Shown here in pieces: positions 30,300 to 39,824 of a DNA stretch of 64,000 nt (position 1 is its first letter; every line of letters starts with the position of its first letter). The DNA is from Thermoplasmata archaeon (lineage in GTDB: Archaea; Thermoplasmatota; Thermoplasmata; Lutacidiplasmatales; UBA184): positions 120,932 to 184,931 of the forward strand of contig DAHUZP010000001.1 of NCBI GenBank assembly GCA_027306505.1, in the 5' to 3' direction. Under the pieces are notes generated by a model. That model worked only from the letters and a program-made list of their open reading frames with translations. It made no database searches and had not been told where the DNA came from. Position numbers and translations under genes: made by a program.

Positions 30300-30965
30300 T
30301 CAATCGAAGATCTGGAGCCCCTCTTGGAGGTGGACCAGTTCCACGGGCGTCGTAGGGTCACCGACGAGGACGCCCCGGGAGTTCGCGACCAGGCAGGCCC
30401 CGACGAGCGGGATGCCGAAGTTGGCGGTCGAGCGGTGCACCTTGACGCCCAGCACCTCTTCGATCGTCTCGACCTCCTTAGGGGTGGCCCGAGGATGCAC
30501 GACGACCCCGCGGTTCGTCGCGACCGCGGCCATGCCCACGGTGCCAAGCCCGGCGACGGTCCCAGGCACCACCGGCACGCCGAGCCCCTCGGAGAGCTGG
30601 TGGCGCTGCTCGGAACTGAACTCCGGATGGCAGAGCGCGCCGCGGTTGTTCGCGAGGACGATGTTCCCGAGAGCGTTGAGCCGGCTGCGCACGACCGTGA
30701 CGCGTAGCTGCTCCTTCAGGTGCTCCATGTCCTGGGGGGGAAGCTCCTCGGAGAGCACCACCCCGTGGTCGTTGAGCGCGAGGAAGGAGCCGACGAGCTC
30801 GCTGTCCCCCACGCGCAGGCGGATGGACCTCACGCCGAGCGTGTGCTCGCTCGCGCGGACGAGGTCACCTGGGCAGGTCGTGGGCACCAGGGCCAGCTGT
30901 TCGCCGGCACGCAGGTACACCCCGAGGTAGGGGCTGCCGGAGAAGGTGGACTTACCGACGGGCAA
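30300..30965 (-). CDS. eif6: Translation initiation factor 6 (aIF-6)
   Basis: LGVY, ALGNIVLANN, TANFG..LVGACLVANSRG, TTPVEL. Confidence 0.93.
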   Translation of the reverse strand: MPVGKSTFSGSPYLGVYLRAGEQLALVPTTCPGDLVRASEHTLGVRSIRLRVGDSELVGSFLALNDHGVVLSEELPPQDMEHLKEQLRVTVVRSRLNALGNIVLANNRGALCHPEFSSEQRHQLSEGLGVPVVPGTVAGLGTVGMAAVATNRGVVVHPRATPKEVETIEEVLGVKVHRSTANFGIPLVGACLVANSRGVLVGDPTTPVELVHLQEGLQIFD

Positions 30966-30994
30966 ACCCGGCCCAGCCCCCGGGGAATCCCCCT

Positions 30995-31291
30995 CTAAGC
31001 CCCTTCTTCGACGAGGTCCACTTCGACGAGTCCATCCTCGAACCGTATGGCCTTCACGCGGACCTTGGAAGGTACGTGGGTGATGGACCGCTCCCAGAGG
31101 AACTCGTTGAGCCTCGGGTCGATCCAGATGTCCTTCATCTCGCCCTTCATGTGCTGCACCATGAAGCGCTTGATCGTCAGGATGGAGTGGCTCGCGCGCT
31201 CTCGGAGGGGAGGCGCGTGCTGGCTCGCGCGGAGCGGAACGATGAACTCCCGCTCGAGCTCCTCGACCCGTGTCTTCTCTTCCTTCGCCAT
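30995..31291 (-). CDS. rpl31e: 50S ribosomal protein L31e
   Basis: ERxFIVPLR, RA, IDPRLNEFLWER, PSKVRVK. Confidence 0.93.
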   Translation of the reverse strand: MAKEEKTRVEELEREFIVPLRASQHAPPLRERASHSILTIKRFMVQHMKGEMKDIWIDPRLNEFLWERSITHVPSKVRVKAIRFEDGLVEVDLVEEGA

Positions 31292-31318
31292 GTTGCTACC
31301 TAGAACTCAGGCCCGTCC

Positions 31319-31477
31319 TCAGAGCTGAAGGTGCCCGCGGCGCCAGGAGCGGCGCTTGGGGTGCTTCGTGAAACGTCGCGAGGTCCGCTGCATGACCCAG
31401 GCCGGCACGCGACGGTTCGACTTCACCGCGCGCAGGAGCCGGAGCTTCCGGGCAAAGGGTTTGTGACGGCTTGCCAT
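31319..31477 (-). CDS. rpl39e: 50S ribosomal protein L39e (52 aa; absent from the ORF track)
   Basis: Hand translation [52 protein letters not shown]; canonical position upstream of L31e. Confidence 0.95.
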   Translation of the reverse strand: MASRHKPFARKLRLLRAVKSNRRVPAWVMQRTSRRFTKHPKRRSWRRGHLQL

Positions 31478-31524
31478 GGTCCTTACCGCTGCCCTCCGTC
31501 CACGTCCGGGTATATCTCGTTAGC

Positions 31525-31884
31525 TCACCGTCGGGTGATCTTGATCTCGCGCTTGTCCGGCGTCAACCGCTCCAAGATCTGCCTGAGGGTCTCGTCGTCG
31601 ATCTGACGGCGGAGCCGACCGGAGGCCGCGAGCTGGATGACCTGCTGCTCCACCGCCTGGGCCACGTCGGGCTTCGCGAGACGGATCCTCCCGAGCCGCT
31701 CTCGGGCCTCCGGAGTGAGCAGACGACGAAGCACCTCGCGCTGCTCCGCAGAGCGCCGCTCCATCTCCGCCTGTTGCGCAGCGACGACGCTGGGGTCCAT
31801 CTGGGAAGCTCCGAGCTGGGACTGGAGCGCGGTCATCCGGCGACGACGGAGCTCATCGAGCTCGGCATCCTGTTCCGAGGGCAT
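31525..31884 (-). CDS. PDCD5/TFAR19-family DNA-binding protein
   Basis: ELDELRRRRM, LTPEARERLGRIRLAKP, IDDETLRQIL, IKITRR. Confidence 0.93.
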   Translation of the reverse strand: MPSEQDAELDELRRRRMTALQSQLGASQMDPSVVAAQQAEMERRSAEQREVLRRLLTPEARERLGRIRLAKPDVAQAVEQQVIQLAASGRLRRQIDDETLRQILERLTPDKREIKITRR

Positions 31885-31938
31885 GGCCTACGATCCTCCT
31901 GCTGGTCCGCGAACGGGGTCCCTGTGGGTGGGGAGCGC

Positions 31939-32394
31939 TCAGAGGTATTTCTTGAGCGACGGGTCCTTCTCTGCGAGCGTCTTGAAGGTCTCCGTAGCGA
32001 CCTTGCTGAGGAGCTTCTGGCCCTGGGGCGAGAGGGCACGGCCCCGCAGGCGCACCTGCTGGACCAGTCCCGCCTTCTCGAGCTGCTGGAGGATCTCGCG
32101 AGACACCGAGCGGCTTCCCTTCCGGGCATGGTAAGGGGCGCTGCCCCTGTCACGTCGGCCGCCGAACTCGGCGGAGAGGTTGCTAACGCCGCAGGGACCG
32201 CGGGTGTGGAGCTTTCGGAGCACGGCCGCGCTTCGGAGGTACCACCAGTCCGCCTGGACCGGGGCTTTCTCGGTGTGGACGCCGGTGCGTGCGAAAGCGG
32301 CCCAGGCCGGGGGCTTGATGGACGCGTGGTTGCGAAGCTCGGCCGCGAGGCGGGGCAGCAGGTAGCTGGGAGGCACTTCCTTCGGGTGGGTCAT
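31939..32394 (-). CDS. rps19e: 30S ribosomal protein S19e
   Basis: PPAWAAFARTGVHTE, DWWYLRSAAVLRK, ILQQLEKAGLV. Confidence 0.95.
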   Translation of the reverse strand: MTHPKEVPPSYLLPRLAAELRNHASIKPPAWAAFARTGVHTEKAPVQADWWYLRSAAVLRKLHTRGPCGVSNLSAEFGGRRDRGSAPYHARKGSRSVSREILQQLEKAGLVQQVRLRGRALSPQGQKLLSKVATETFKTLAEKDPSLKKYL

Positions 32395-32434
32395 GGGGTC
32401 GCTCTGAACGGGGAGGCGATTCAACGAGGTCGGC

Positions 32435-32441
32435 TATTTAA
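32435..32441 (-). promoter_or_regulatory. TATA box of the rps19e operon
   Basis: TTAAATA on the minus strand, about 40 nt upstream of the rps19e ATG. Confidence 0.55.
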
Positions 32442-32719
32442 GTTCGGCCTGGGCCTTCGCGGTCCCCGTCGTCCCCCGCGCTGGAGGGGGTAGGGGGCTC
32501 CTGGACGGGCCGCAGCGCGGGGTCCGTGCCCTTGGGCGAAAGCGCGCTGACGGAGGGAGGGGCTGCGGCCTTGGGAGGCCGCTTGGGAAGCCCCGCGAAC
32601 CCGCTCGAGGGGGCCCTCGAGACGCGCCGGGCGTAGCGGAAGAGCAGGAAGACCAACGCCAGCAGGGCCGCGACGATATCGAGGCCCAGGAACAAGGCGA
32701 GGATGAGCGAGGCATCCAT
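32438..32719 (-). CDS. Small single-pass membrane protein
   Basis: N-terminal hydrophobic helix followed by RYARR and a low-complexity tail; downstream of the PP2C gene on the same strand. Confidence 0.6.
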   Translation of the reverse strand: MDASLILALFLGLDIVAALLALVFLLFRYARRVSRAPSSGFAGLPKRPPKAAAPPSVSALSPKGTDPALRPVQEPPTPSSAGDDGDREGPGRT

Positions 32720-32779
32720 GGTCCGTCCTGCACCTCTCCGTCTTCAGGGCTCGCTCGGGCCCCGGGAGAAGGCGCGCAT

Positions 32780-33667
32780 CTATCGGGAGAGCTTCGAGAG
32801 CATCCGGCCGGCACGGAAGAGGTGGTGCAGGGCGTAGCGCCGCTTGAACACCGTCTCGTCCCGGTCGACCTCGAGGGAGATGAGCGTGAGGTCGTCCATC
32901 TTGAGGACCCCGCCTCCCTGGAGGGGGACCAGCATCTCGAAGAGACCGTCCGCGACCTCGCTGAAGCGCTCGCGGTCGAGGAGCACCCCGGGCCACTGGA
33001 TCAAGAACTTCGCAAGCGCGTCTGTCGCTCCCCACAGGTGCGTCCCGGTCTCGAGCCTCCCCTCCTGCAGGAGCGGGGTGGGGGTGGAGCCCTCCTGGGT
33101 GCTGACCAGAGGAGGGGTGGTGTCGAAGTCCGACGCCTTCTCTACGGGCCAGGAGAGGAGCTTCGCCTTCGAGTCCCCGGAGTTCCGCAACAGGCAGGAG
33201 TCGCCCACCGTGATCGCGCGCCAGGTACCCTCGATGGGGTTCGCCTCGATGCCGAGGAACGTCGCCCAGGCGCCCTGGTCCCTCTTGCGGACCGCGCGCG
33301 CGTTCGCGAGGTCGAGCAGCGGTTCGGTCTCCTTCCTCCACAGCTGGGAGAGCTCGGGGAGAGCGGCGAGGAAGCTGTCGGCGGAATCGGCGGGGAGCGA
33401 GCCCGCGACGAAGGCGTCCGTCAGGATCTGGGCCCACATGCCGGACCACGAGGACTCGGTCGCCCCGTCCGAGATCGCGACGCGGATGATCTCCTCCTTG
33501 CGGCGGAACGTCCCCGCTTCGAGCACCCGATGCTCGTCCGCCGAGGCGACCCGGACGTACTTGTCGAGCGGCGAGTGCGCGACCCGGTCGTCACACTCGG
33601 CGAGAGGCCCCTTCGAGATGACCATGCTCTCGAAGAAGGTGAAGAGAGGGGCGGATTTGCTCGGCAT
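32780..33667 (-). CDS. PP2C-family (PPM) protein phosphatase, TerY-P type
   Basis: SKG...CDD, VAISDGATES, ATFLG, VGDSCL, ATDAL, DDLT. Start could be GTG 33748. Confidence 0.82.
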   Translation of the reverse strand: MPSKSAPLFTFFESMVISKGPLAECDDRVAHSPLDKYVRVASADEHRVLEAGTFRRKEEIIRVAISDGATESSWSGMWAQILTDAFVAGSLPADSADSFLAALPELSQLWRKETEPLLDLANARAVRKRDQGAWATFLGIEANPIEGTWRAITVGDSCLLRNSGDSKAKLLSWPVEKASDFDTTPPLVSTQEGSTPTPLLQEGRLETGTHLWGATDALAKFLIQWPGVLLDRERFSEVADGLFEMLVPLQGGGVLKMDDLTLISLEVDRDETVFKRRYALHHLFRAGRMLSKLSR

Positions 33668-33880
33668 GCCGCAGATTTCCTCTGGGGAACGGGACCTCTG
33701 TAGCACCCGGTGGACCGAGCGCTGTTGGTCCACGGAGGACGATGCCACCTACAAGAAGCCGTAGGTAGGCGCGAATCCTCCCGCGACCGGTTCCCCTCAA
33801 GGAGCGCCCCTCCGGTCGGCCTACGCGCCCTAGCGGGTGCCCCACTGTCCCATGCCGTTCCCATTCGGCCGAGGGCACCA

Positions 33881-33886
33881 TTTATA
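33881..33886. promoter_or_regulatory. TATA box between the divergent PP2C and vWA genes
   Basis: TTTATA on the plus strand 33 nt before TTG 33920; reads TATAAA on the minus strand. Confidence 0.6.
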
Positions 33887-33919
33887 GGGGGAAGATGTTC
33901 GGAAGCTCGAGGGATACCC

Positions 33920-34774
33920 TTGGTCGAACCCTACACCGAAGAAGTCAGCGTCACCCACAACCAGCCTGGTTGCATCATCTTCCTGATTGATCAGAGCGGT
34001 TCGATGAAGGCGGAGATCCGGGGCATGCCCGGGGTCCGCAAGTGCGACTTCCTCGCTGACCAGATCAACGGCATCCTCGACGACCTGCTCCTGCGCTGCA
34101 CGAAGAACAACAAGGTGGTCCCCTACTTCCACAGCCAGATCATCTCCTACGGGTTCCAGGGCGACCTCGTCGCCCCGATCGTGGGCAGCCAGCAGGACCC
34201 GCTCATCCTTCCGCTCGACCGGATGGCGGAGTGGACCGACCAGAACAACGGCTGGGCGGACGGGCGCCTCCAGGTGATCCGACCGGTCGCCGAGGGCCGT
34301 ACCCCCATGACCCAGGCCTTCGCCCTCCTCGAGGAGCCGGTGAAGGAGTGGGTGGCGACCAACCCCAACAGCTACCCGCCGATCATCCTCAACATCACGG
34401 ACGGCATCCCCGAACCCCGTACCCAGGAGAACTGGCAGGCGCTCGTGGACATCTGCACGCGCCTCAAGCGGGTGACCAACGCGAACGGCTCGATGGTCCT
34501 CATCTTCAGCCTGCACATCGGGGACTCCGACACCTTCCCTCCGGCGATCTTCTGCAACGAGCAGGAGGCGCCCCAGACCCCGGAGGCCCAGTTGCTCTTC
34601 CGCTGCGCGAGCCACCTGCCGCCATCGATGGCGGCCGAGGCCCAGCGCGTGGGGCTCCCGGTCTCCCCGGGCCTCCCTAAGTGCTACGGGTACAACATCG
34701 GTGGCAAGGAGCTCATCAAGATCCTCCAGGTCGGGACGCGGACGGGGCCCATGGTGGCCCCCCCCGTCGCCTGA
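33920..34774 (+). CDS. vWA domain protein with intact MIDAS (TerY-like)
   Basis: IIFLIDQSGSM (DxSxS), GRTPM (T), YPPIILNITDG (D), LF..AS.LP, and terminal VGT. TTG start inferred from TATA position. Confidence 0.88.
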   Translation: MVEPYTEEVSVTHNQPGCIIFLIDQSGSMKAEIRGMPGVRKCDFLADQINGILDDLLLRCTKNNKVVPYFHSQIISYGFQGDLVAPIVGSQQDPLILPLDRMAEWTDQNNGWADGRLQVIRPVAEGRTPMTQAFALLEEPVKEWVATNPNSYPPIILNITDGIPEPRTQENWQALVDICTRLKRVTNANGSMVLIFSLHIGDSDTFPPAIFCNEQEAPQTPEAQLLFRCASHLPPSMAAEAQRVGLPVSPGLPKCYGYNIGGKELIKILQVGTRTGPMVAPPVA

Positions 34775-34913
34775 GGCGGGCCGAGACCCCTCTTCTCCAC
34801 CCCTCTCCCCTGCCCACCGCCCTTCGACCGTCCCTATCGAGGAGCGAAGGAGCTCCCGAGGCCGAGGGGCTCGCGCTATCCGTGGGCGAACAGGCCCGGC
34901 GCCCTGGGCGCGC

Positions 34914-37900
34914 CTAGGGTCGGTTGGGCAGGGGAGGGGAAGCTCCTTCGTCCGCCCCTGAGACGACCCTTGGGGGAACGGGAGCCCGCTCCTTGGGCGA
35001 TGAGGACCGGGCCAACCGGGGGGCGGAGAGCTTTTCGCCGAACTTCGCGCCGAGCGGCGTCAGGGAGATCCGCTCCCCTCCGCTCAGCCGGTCCCGGTCC
35101 CTCATGACCAGTCCCGCGTCGGTGAGAGAGGCGAGCACGATGTAGAGACGACCGTCGGGGATCCTCGTGTCGCGCTGAAGCTCCCCGGCGGGAAGAGGGC
35201 CCACCCCGAGCGCGCCTAGGACCAGGTGGTAGTCGGTAATCTCCTTCGACCCCAGCTTGCGGAGCAGCGCGGAGAAGACCTCGTCCCCCTCCGTAGCAGC
35301 TGGGACGGTGGGGGCGGCGGCCTCCGCCGCAGCGTCCATCGGTGACCAGGCACTGGTCGCCGACATGGGTGTCGCGGTGGCCCCCTCGGCAAAGGCCTCC
35401 GAAGCCTCGGGAGCGGCCTCGGGGGGCATCGGCGTGCTCGCGGGCAGCACCTGGGCCTCGGGGAACAGCGGGGATGGCGGCGGGGCGCCTACGAAGGCGG
35501 CCGACCCTGCAGGGTCCGGTCCCTCCATCGGAGGCCCTGGGACGACCTCCTGCCCTGGGAAGAGCTCCTCCGACGGCGCCTGCTGCCGTGCACGTCGAGA
35601 GCGCGCCGCGAAGAGGACGAGGGCCGCGACCACCAGCGCAACGAGGACGAGCAGGAGGGCCAGCCCGACGAAGAAGGGCAGGCCCAGCAGCGTCGAGCCG
35701 GGGGAAGGTGCCCCTCCGCTTCCGCCGCCCCCCCCACCACCACCGCCTGTCCCTCCGCCGGGGCCACCACCGACAAGGGCCGGAGCGACCACGATCGCCA
35801 GGGAACTCGTGCCGGCGGTCCGTCCGGCGGCATCGGTGAACCAGGCGCGGTAGGTGTAGGTCCCGGGGTGCAGGAAGGTCGGAGTGGTCCAGCGAAGGGC
35901 GGTCTGGGTGGTGTTGGTACCGTTCTCGGACCAGACCACGCCGTAGGGCGAGGTGCCTCCCCAGGCGGAGGCGTTGAGCACCACCGAAAGGCCGACACGG
36001 GACGAGGTCGTGTTCGCCGTGGCGAAGGCACGGAGCTGGACGATCCACGGGAACCCAACCACCCAAAGCTCGTGGTGGGCCGATACGTGCTCCCCCAGCG
36101 TGTCCGTCTCTTCGAGCGTGAAGGTGTAGTTCGCCTCTCCCGAGGGCGTGAAGGACAGCGAGGAGAGGGAGGGGTTCGTCGTGAGGTTCGTGCTCGAGTT
36201 GAGGAGCCAGAAGTAGCTCACCGGCCCGTATCCGCCCTTCACCGACGCGGAGATCGAGACCGGGACCGAGGGCAGGGTCCCGTTCGCCGAGAAGGTGAAG
36301 TCCGGGCTCAACGGGGCGACCACCTGCAGGGTCACCTGGGCGACCGCCGAGCTCCCCCGACTGTCGTTGGCCCAGGCCGTCGCGTTGTACCAGCCCGGTG
36401 AGGTGTACCTGTGGACGGGAGTGGTGCCCGCCCCCGCCTGCCCGTCGCCGAACCTCCAGGAGATCAGGACGGGGGCCGTGCCGCCGGTGGTGACGGAGGA
36501 GAACTGGAAGATGAGCAAATCGGTGCCCCGCGTGGGGCTCGCCGAGACCTTCAGGGTCGGGAGCGAGTTCACGACCAGCGAGACCGGCCCGGCGAAGGCC
36601 CGGGAGCCGAAGGTGTCGTTCAGCTGGAGCCGGATGGAGTAGGTCCCGGGGGCGGACGGACGGCAGGGCAGGCTGCTCTGGTTCGCGCTCGCGCAGCCGG
36701 GGGGGAGCCCCTGCCACCAGAAGGTGTAGATGCCCGAGCCCCCGGAGGCGTTCGCCTGCAAGAGCGTCGACGATCCCACGTCCACCGTGGAAGGGCTCGC
36801 TCCGAGCCCCGAGAGCACGGGGGGAAGCCCCACCAGCACGGTCTCGTTGACGAGGGCGGAGGCGCCGAGCGTGTCGTTCGCATAGAGGCGGACGATGTAG
36901 CTTCCGATGGTCGTGAAGGTGTGGGAGACGTTGCCTCCTGAGACGCTAGGACTGCCGTCCCCGAACCGCCAGGTCGAACTGACCGTGCCCGTCCCGGGGT
37001 GCGCGAAGCTCGAGAAGTACACCGTGAGCGGTGCCGGTCCGCCCAGCGGGTGGGCGGTGACGTTCGCGGTCGGCCAAGGGTCGACCAGGATGAAGAGGGT
37101 CGCGCTCGCCGTCACCGCCCCGTCGGTGACCGTGACGGTAGGCGTGTAGGAGCCGGCCGCGTTGGGAGCGCAGGTGAAGATGGGCGCTCCCGTGTTCGGG
37201 CACCCCGGGGGCAGACCCGACCAGGTGAACGAGGTGAAGATCCCCGAGCCGCCCGAAGCGACCGCGCTGAACGACGCAATCTGGCTCGCATCGATGATGA
37301 GCGGAGAGACGCTCGCCGTCACGGTGAGGGAGGCCGGGAGGCCGTAGCTCCACATGTCCCCCAGGGGCACCGTGTTCCAGCCCCCGAAGATGAGGACGTA
37401 GCCGTCCGCCTCATCATAGGCGACGTTCGGCCCGTCGCGAGGCGGTGGTGCGACCGAGCCGGTGACGTTGGTCCACGTTCCGGCCTTGTAGGCCCAGGTG
37501 TCGTTGCCCCACTGCGAGCATGCCGACCCCGTGACGAAGGCCAGGCATCCGCCGAAGAGGTAGACGAACCCGTCGCCGCGGTCGTACACCATGCCGGGGA
37601 AGGAGGCCGCGGGGGGGTCCCCCGAGGGCTGCGTGCGGTTGGTCCAGGTCCCCGCGTGGTAGGACCAGATGTTGTCCGAGAGCCAGCACTGGAGCGGGTT
37701 GCTCGTGGTCTGGACGCAACCGTCCACCATGAGCACGTAACCGTCGGAGGCATCGTAGGCCAGGCCCTCCTGGGACCTCGCGGGGGGGCTCGAGGGGGAG
37801 GAGGTCTGCGGCGTCCACTGCCCGCCGACGAACGACCAGGTGTCGCCCAGGTTCCCGTTGGAGTTGCCTCCGCCGAAGAGCAGGGCGTAGCCGTCGGAGG

Positions 37901-39716
37901 CGTCCCAGGCCATCTCCATACAGCAACGCGCGGAGGGAGAAACCGTCGGAGCGAGGGCGGTCCAGACGCCGGCCCGGTAGCTCCAGGTCGCGCCGAGGGG
38001 TCCGTTGGACTGCGTCCCTCCACCGAACATGACCACGTACCCATCGTAGAAGTCGTAGGTCATCGCGGCGCAGCACAGGCCGCCCGGCGGCGAGGAGGAG
38101 CTCACCAGGTGCCAGCTCAAGTTCTGGTAGGTCCAAGTGGCGGCGAGGTGGGTGTTCCCCGTCGTTCCGCCACCGTAGAGGAGCACGTAGCCGTCCGCAT
38201 AGTCGTAGGTGATCGCGGCGTTGACCTCCTCGGTGGGGGTCCAGGAGGTGGGCAGCAGTCGCTGGTACACCCCTGGCACCACCTGGGTGCCGAAGAACTG
38301 CCACGTGTCGCCGTACAGGGTCGAGCCGAGGGTGCCCCCGAAGAGGACCACCAGCCCGTCGGTCGGGTCGAAGGTCATCGCGGCCTGCGACCGGAGGAGG
38401 GGAGGGGTTCCCACGAAGGCGGTGATGTTGGTCCAGTACCCCCGCTTGAACGCCCACGTGTCCGAGAGCCCGGACGCGGTCGCGGGCTGGCCTCCGAAGA
38501 GCAGGACCTCACCCTCCACCGCGTCGTAGGTCATCGAGAGCCCTTGCCTGGGCGATGGGGCGTGGGGGGAGTGCCAGGTCAGATCGGTCCAGGTGTCGTT
38601 GCTGAAGGTCCACGTCTGGTTGTCCGAGATACAGGGGCCCTGGCGCGGGCCCATGCAACCTCCAAAGAGCAGGGCGTACCCGTCGGCCGAGTCGAAGGAC
38701 ATGTCGAGGCCCATGTGCGGCGGAGGGGAGACGCCGCCCCGAAGGCTTCCCGTGATGTTCGTCCAGACCCCGCCCTGGTACGTCCAGGTGTCGTTGTAGT
38801 AGCTGGTCGAGCCACCGCCGAAGAGCAGCACTTTCCCGATACCGGCATCGAAGGTCATCGCCGCATCGAAGCGAGGGCCCGGGTTGCTGGTGGGGCTGAG
38901 CTGGGTCCAGATCCCTCCGGCGTAGCGCCAGGTCTCGGAGCTGAAGGTGCCTGAGTTCGCGCCACCGAAGAGCAGAACGTACCCATCCGCCGCGTCGTAG
39001 GCCATCGAACTGCAGCAGAAGATTGGGGGATGGGTCCCCGTGACCTGGGTCCAGGTGTTCGAACGATAGTACCAGGTCTGCTGGACGAGGCCCGCGCCCG
39101 TGCTCCCGCCCCAGAGCAGCACGTAGCCGTCATGGTTGTCATAGACCATGTCGGCGCCTGAGGTCGCGGGGACCGCCCCCGAGGGCGAAGTGGACTGCCA
39201 GATCGGAGCGGTGCCCGAAGGCCGATAGTCGGCGAGCTCGGTCGACCGGGAGGAGCAGTGGAGGCTCCCCGTTCCCGACCCGCAGGTCCACGGCACCCCT
39301 CCCGCGGGCCCGCCACCGGATTCGAGCGAAGCCGTCGCCGAGCGCAGGGCCTGCTCCGGACCGAGAGGGGGGGGTCCGTTCTCGGGGGGCTCGGGAGCCG
39401 CCTGGGGTAACGACACCGATGGGGAGAGCTTCGGCCCAGAGGCCATGTGCGGGGCCCCTACGAGCAACAGGAGGCAGAGGACGCCCACGACGACCGCGAG
39501 AGCGGAGAGCGGGCTTGAACGGGGGCCATGAGGGAGCGGTTTCGGCGCGGCTCCACCTCCTTCCTGACTCCCCGTGCCCGGGGGGGACCGGCTGACCGCT
39601 CGAGGGCCGGACCACGGGCGGGGGGACTCACCCGCCTCACTTCGGAGGAGCGCTGCTCCGTTCTCGCGGGGCTTGTTCCTCAGGTAGTGACGCGTGGACG
39701 GACCGACGATCTCCAT
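34914..39716 (-). CDS. Receptor-like surface protein: 12 Kelch-like repeats, about 6 PKD/Ig domains, TM helix, cytoplasmic winged helix
   Basis: Signal-like segment LAVVVGVLCLLLLVG; 12 repeats of MxYDxxDGYVLLFGG...TW; WRFGDG PKD motifs; TM at about 35605-35690; TrmB-like wHTH at about 35030-35285. Exact start uncertain. Confidence 0.85.
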   Translation of the reverse strand: MEIVGPSTRHYLRNKPRENGAALLRSEAGESPRPWSGPRAVSRSPPGTGSQEGGGAAPKPLPHGPRSSPLSALAVVVGVLCLLLLVGAPHMASGPKLSPSVSLPQAAPEPPENGPPPLGPEQALRSATASLESGGGPAGGVPWTCGSGTGSLHCSSRSTELADYRPSGTAPIWQSTSPSGAVPATSGADMVYDNHDGYVLLWGGSTGAGLVQQTWYYRSNTWTQVTGTHPPIFCCSSMAYDAADGYVLLFGGANSGTFSSETWRYAGGIWTQLSPTSNPGPRFDAAMTFDAGIGKVLLFGGGSTSYYNDTWTYQGGVWTNITGSLRGGVSPPPHMGLDMSFDSADGYALLFGGCMGPRQGPCISDNQTWTFSNDTWTDLTWHSPHAPSPRQGLSMTYDAVEGEVLLFGGQPATASGLSDTWAFKRGYWTNITAFVGTPPLLRSQAAMTFDPTDGLVVLFGGTLGSTLYGDTWQFFGTQVVPGVYQRLLPTSWTPTEEVNAAITYDYADGYVLLYGGGTTGNTHLAATWTYQNLSWHLVSSSSPPGGLCCAAMTYDFYDGYVVMFGGGTQSNGPLGATWSYRAGVWTALAPTVSPSARCCMEMAWDASDGYALLFGGGNSNGNLGDTWSFVGGQWTPQTSSPSSPPARSQEGLAYDASDGYVLMVDGCVQTTSNPLQCWLSDNIWSYHAGTWTNRTQPSGDPPAASFPGMVYDRGDGFVYLFGGCLAFVTGSACSQWGNDTWAYKAGTWTNVTGSVAPPPRDGPNVAYDEADGYVLIFGGWNTVPLGDMWSYGLPASLTVTASVSPLIIDASQIASFSAVASGGSGIFTSFTWSGLPPGCPNTGAPIFTCAPNAAGSYTPTVTVTDGAVTASATLFILVDPWPTANVTAHPLGGPAPLTVYFSSFAHPGTGTVSSTWRFGDGSPSVSGGNVSHTFTTIGSYIVRLYANDTLGASALVNETVLVGLPPVLSGLGASPSTVDVGSSTLLQANASGGSGIYTFWWQGLPPGCASANQSSLPCRPSAPGTYSIRLQLNDTFGSRAFAGPVSLVVNSLPTLKVSASPTRGTDLLIFQFSSVTTGGTAPVLISWRFGDGQAGAGTTPVHRYTSPGWYNATAWANDSRGSSAVAQVTLQVVAPLSPDFTFSANGTLPSVPVSISASVKGGYGPVSYFWLLNSSTNLTTNPSLSSLSFTPSGEANYTFTLEETDTLGEHVSAHHELWVVGFPWIVQLRAFATANTTSSRVGLSVVLNASAWGGTSPYGVVWSENGTNTTQTALRWTTPTFLHPGTYTYRAWFTDAAGRTAGTSSLAIVVAPALVGGGPGGGTGGGGGGGGGSGGAPSPGSTLLGLPFFVGLALLLVLVALVVAALVLFAARSRRARQQAPSEELFPGQEVVPGPPMEGPDPAGSAAFVGAPPPSPLFPEAQVLPASTPMPPEAAPEASEAFAEGATATPMSATSAWSPMDAAAEAAAPTVPAATEGDEVFSALLRKLGSKEITDYHLVLGALGVGPLPAGELQRDTRIPDGRLYIVLASLTDAGLVMRDRDRLSGGERISLTPLGAKFGEKLSAPRLARSSSPKERAPVPPRVVSGADEGASPPLPNRP

Positions 39717-39824
39717 GCCGCTGGTTCCCCTCGAGCGGCGGAACCTCGTGACAGGGGGATGAAAGGTCGTGCAAGGGGGACCACACCTCGATGCACCGAT
39801 TGCTAGGACGTGTCACCCACGTCG

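Noticed and set aside
37350-39150. Regularly spaced DNA repeats resembling an array
   Set aside because: They are degenerate Kelch-repeat codons inside an ORF, with no identical repeats or spacers. No CRISPR array or cas gene was seen in the window.
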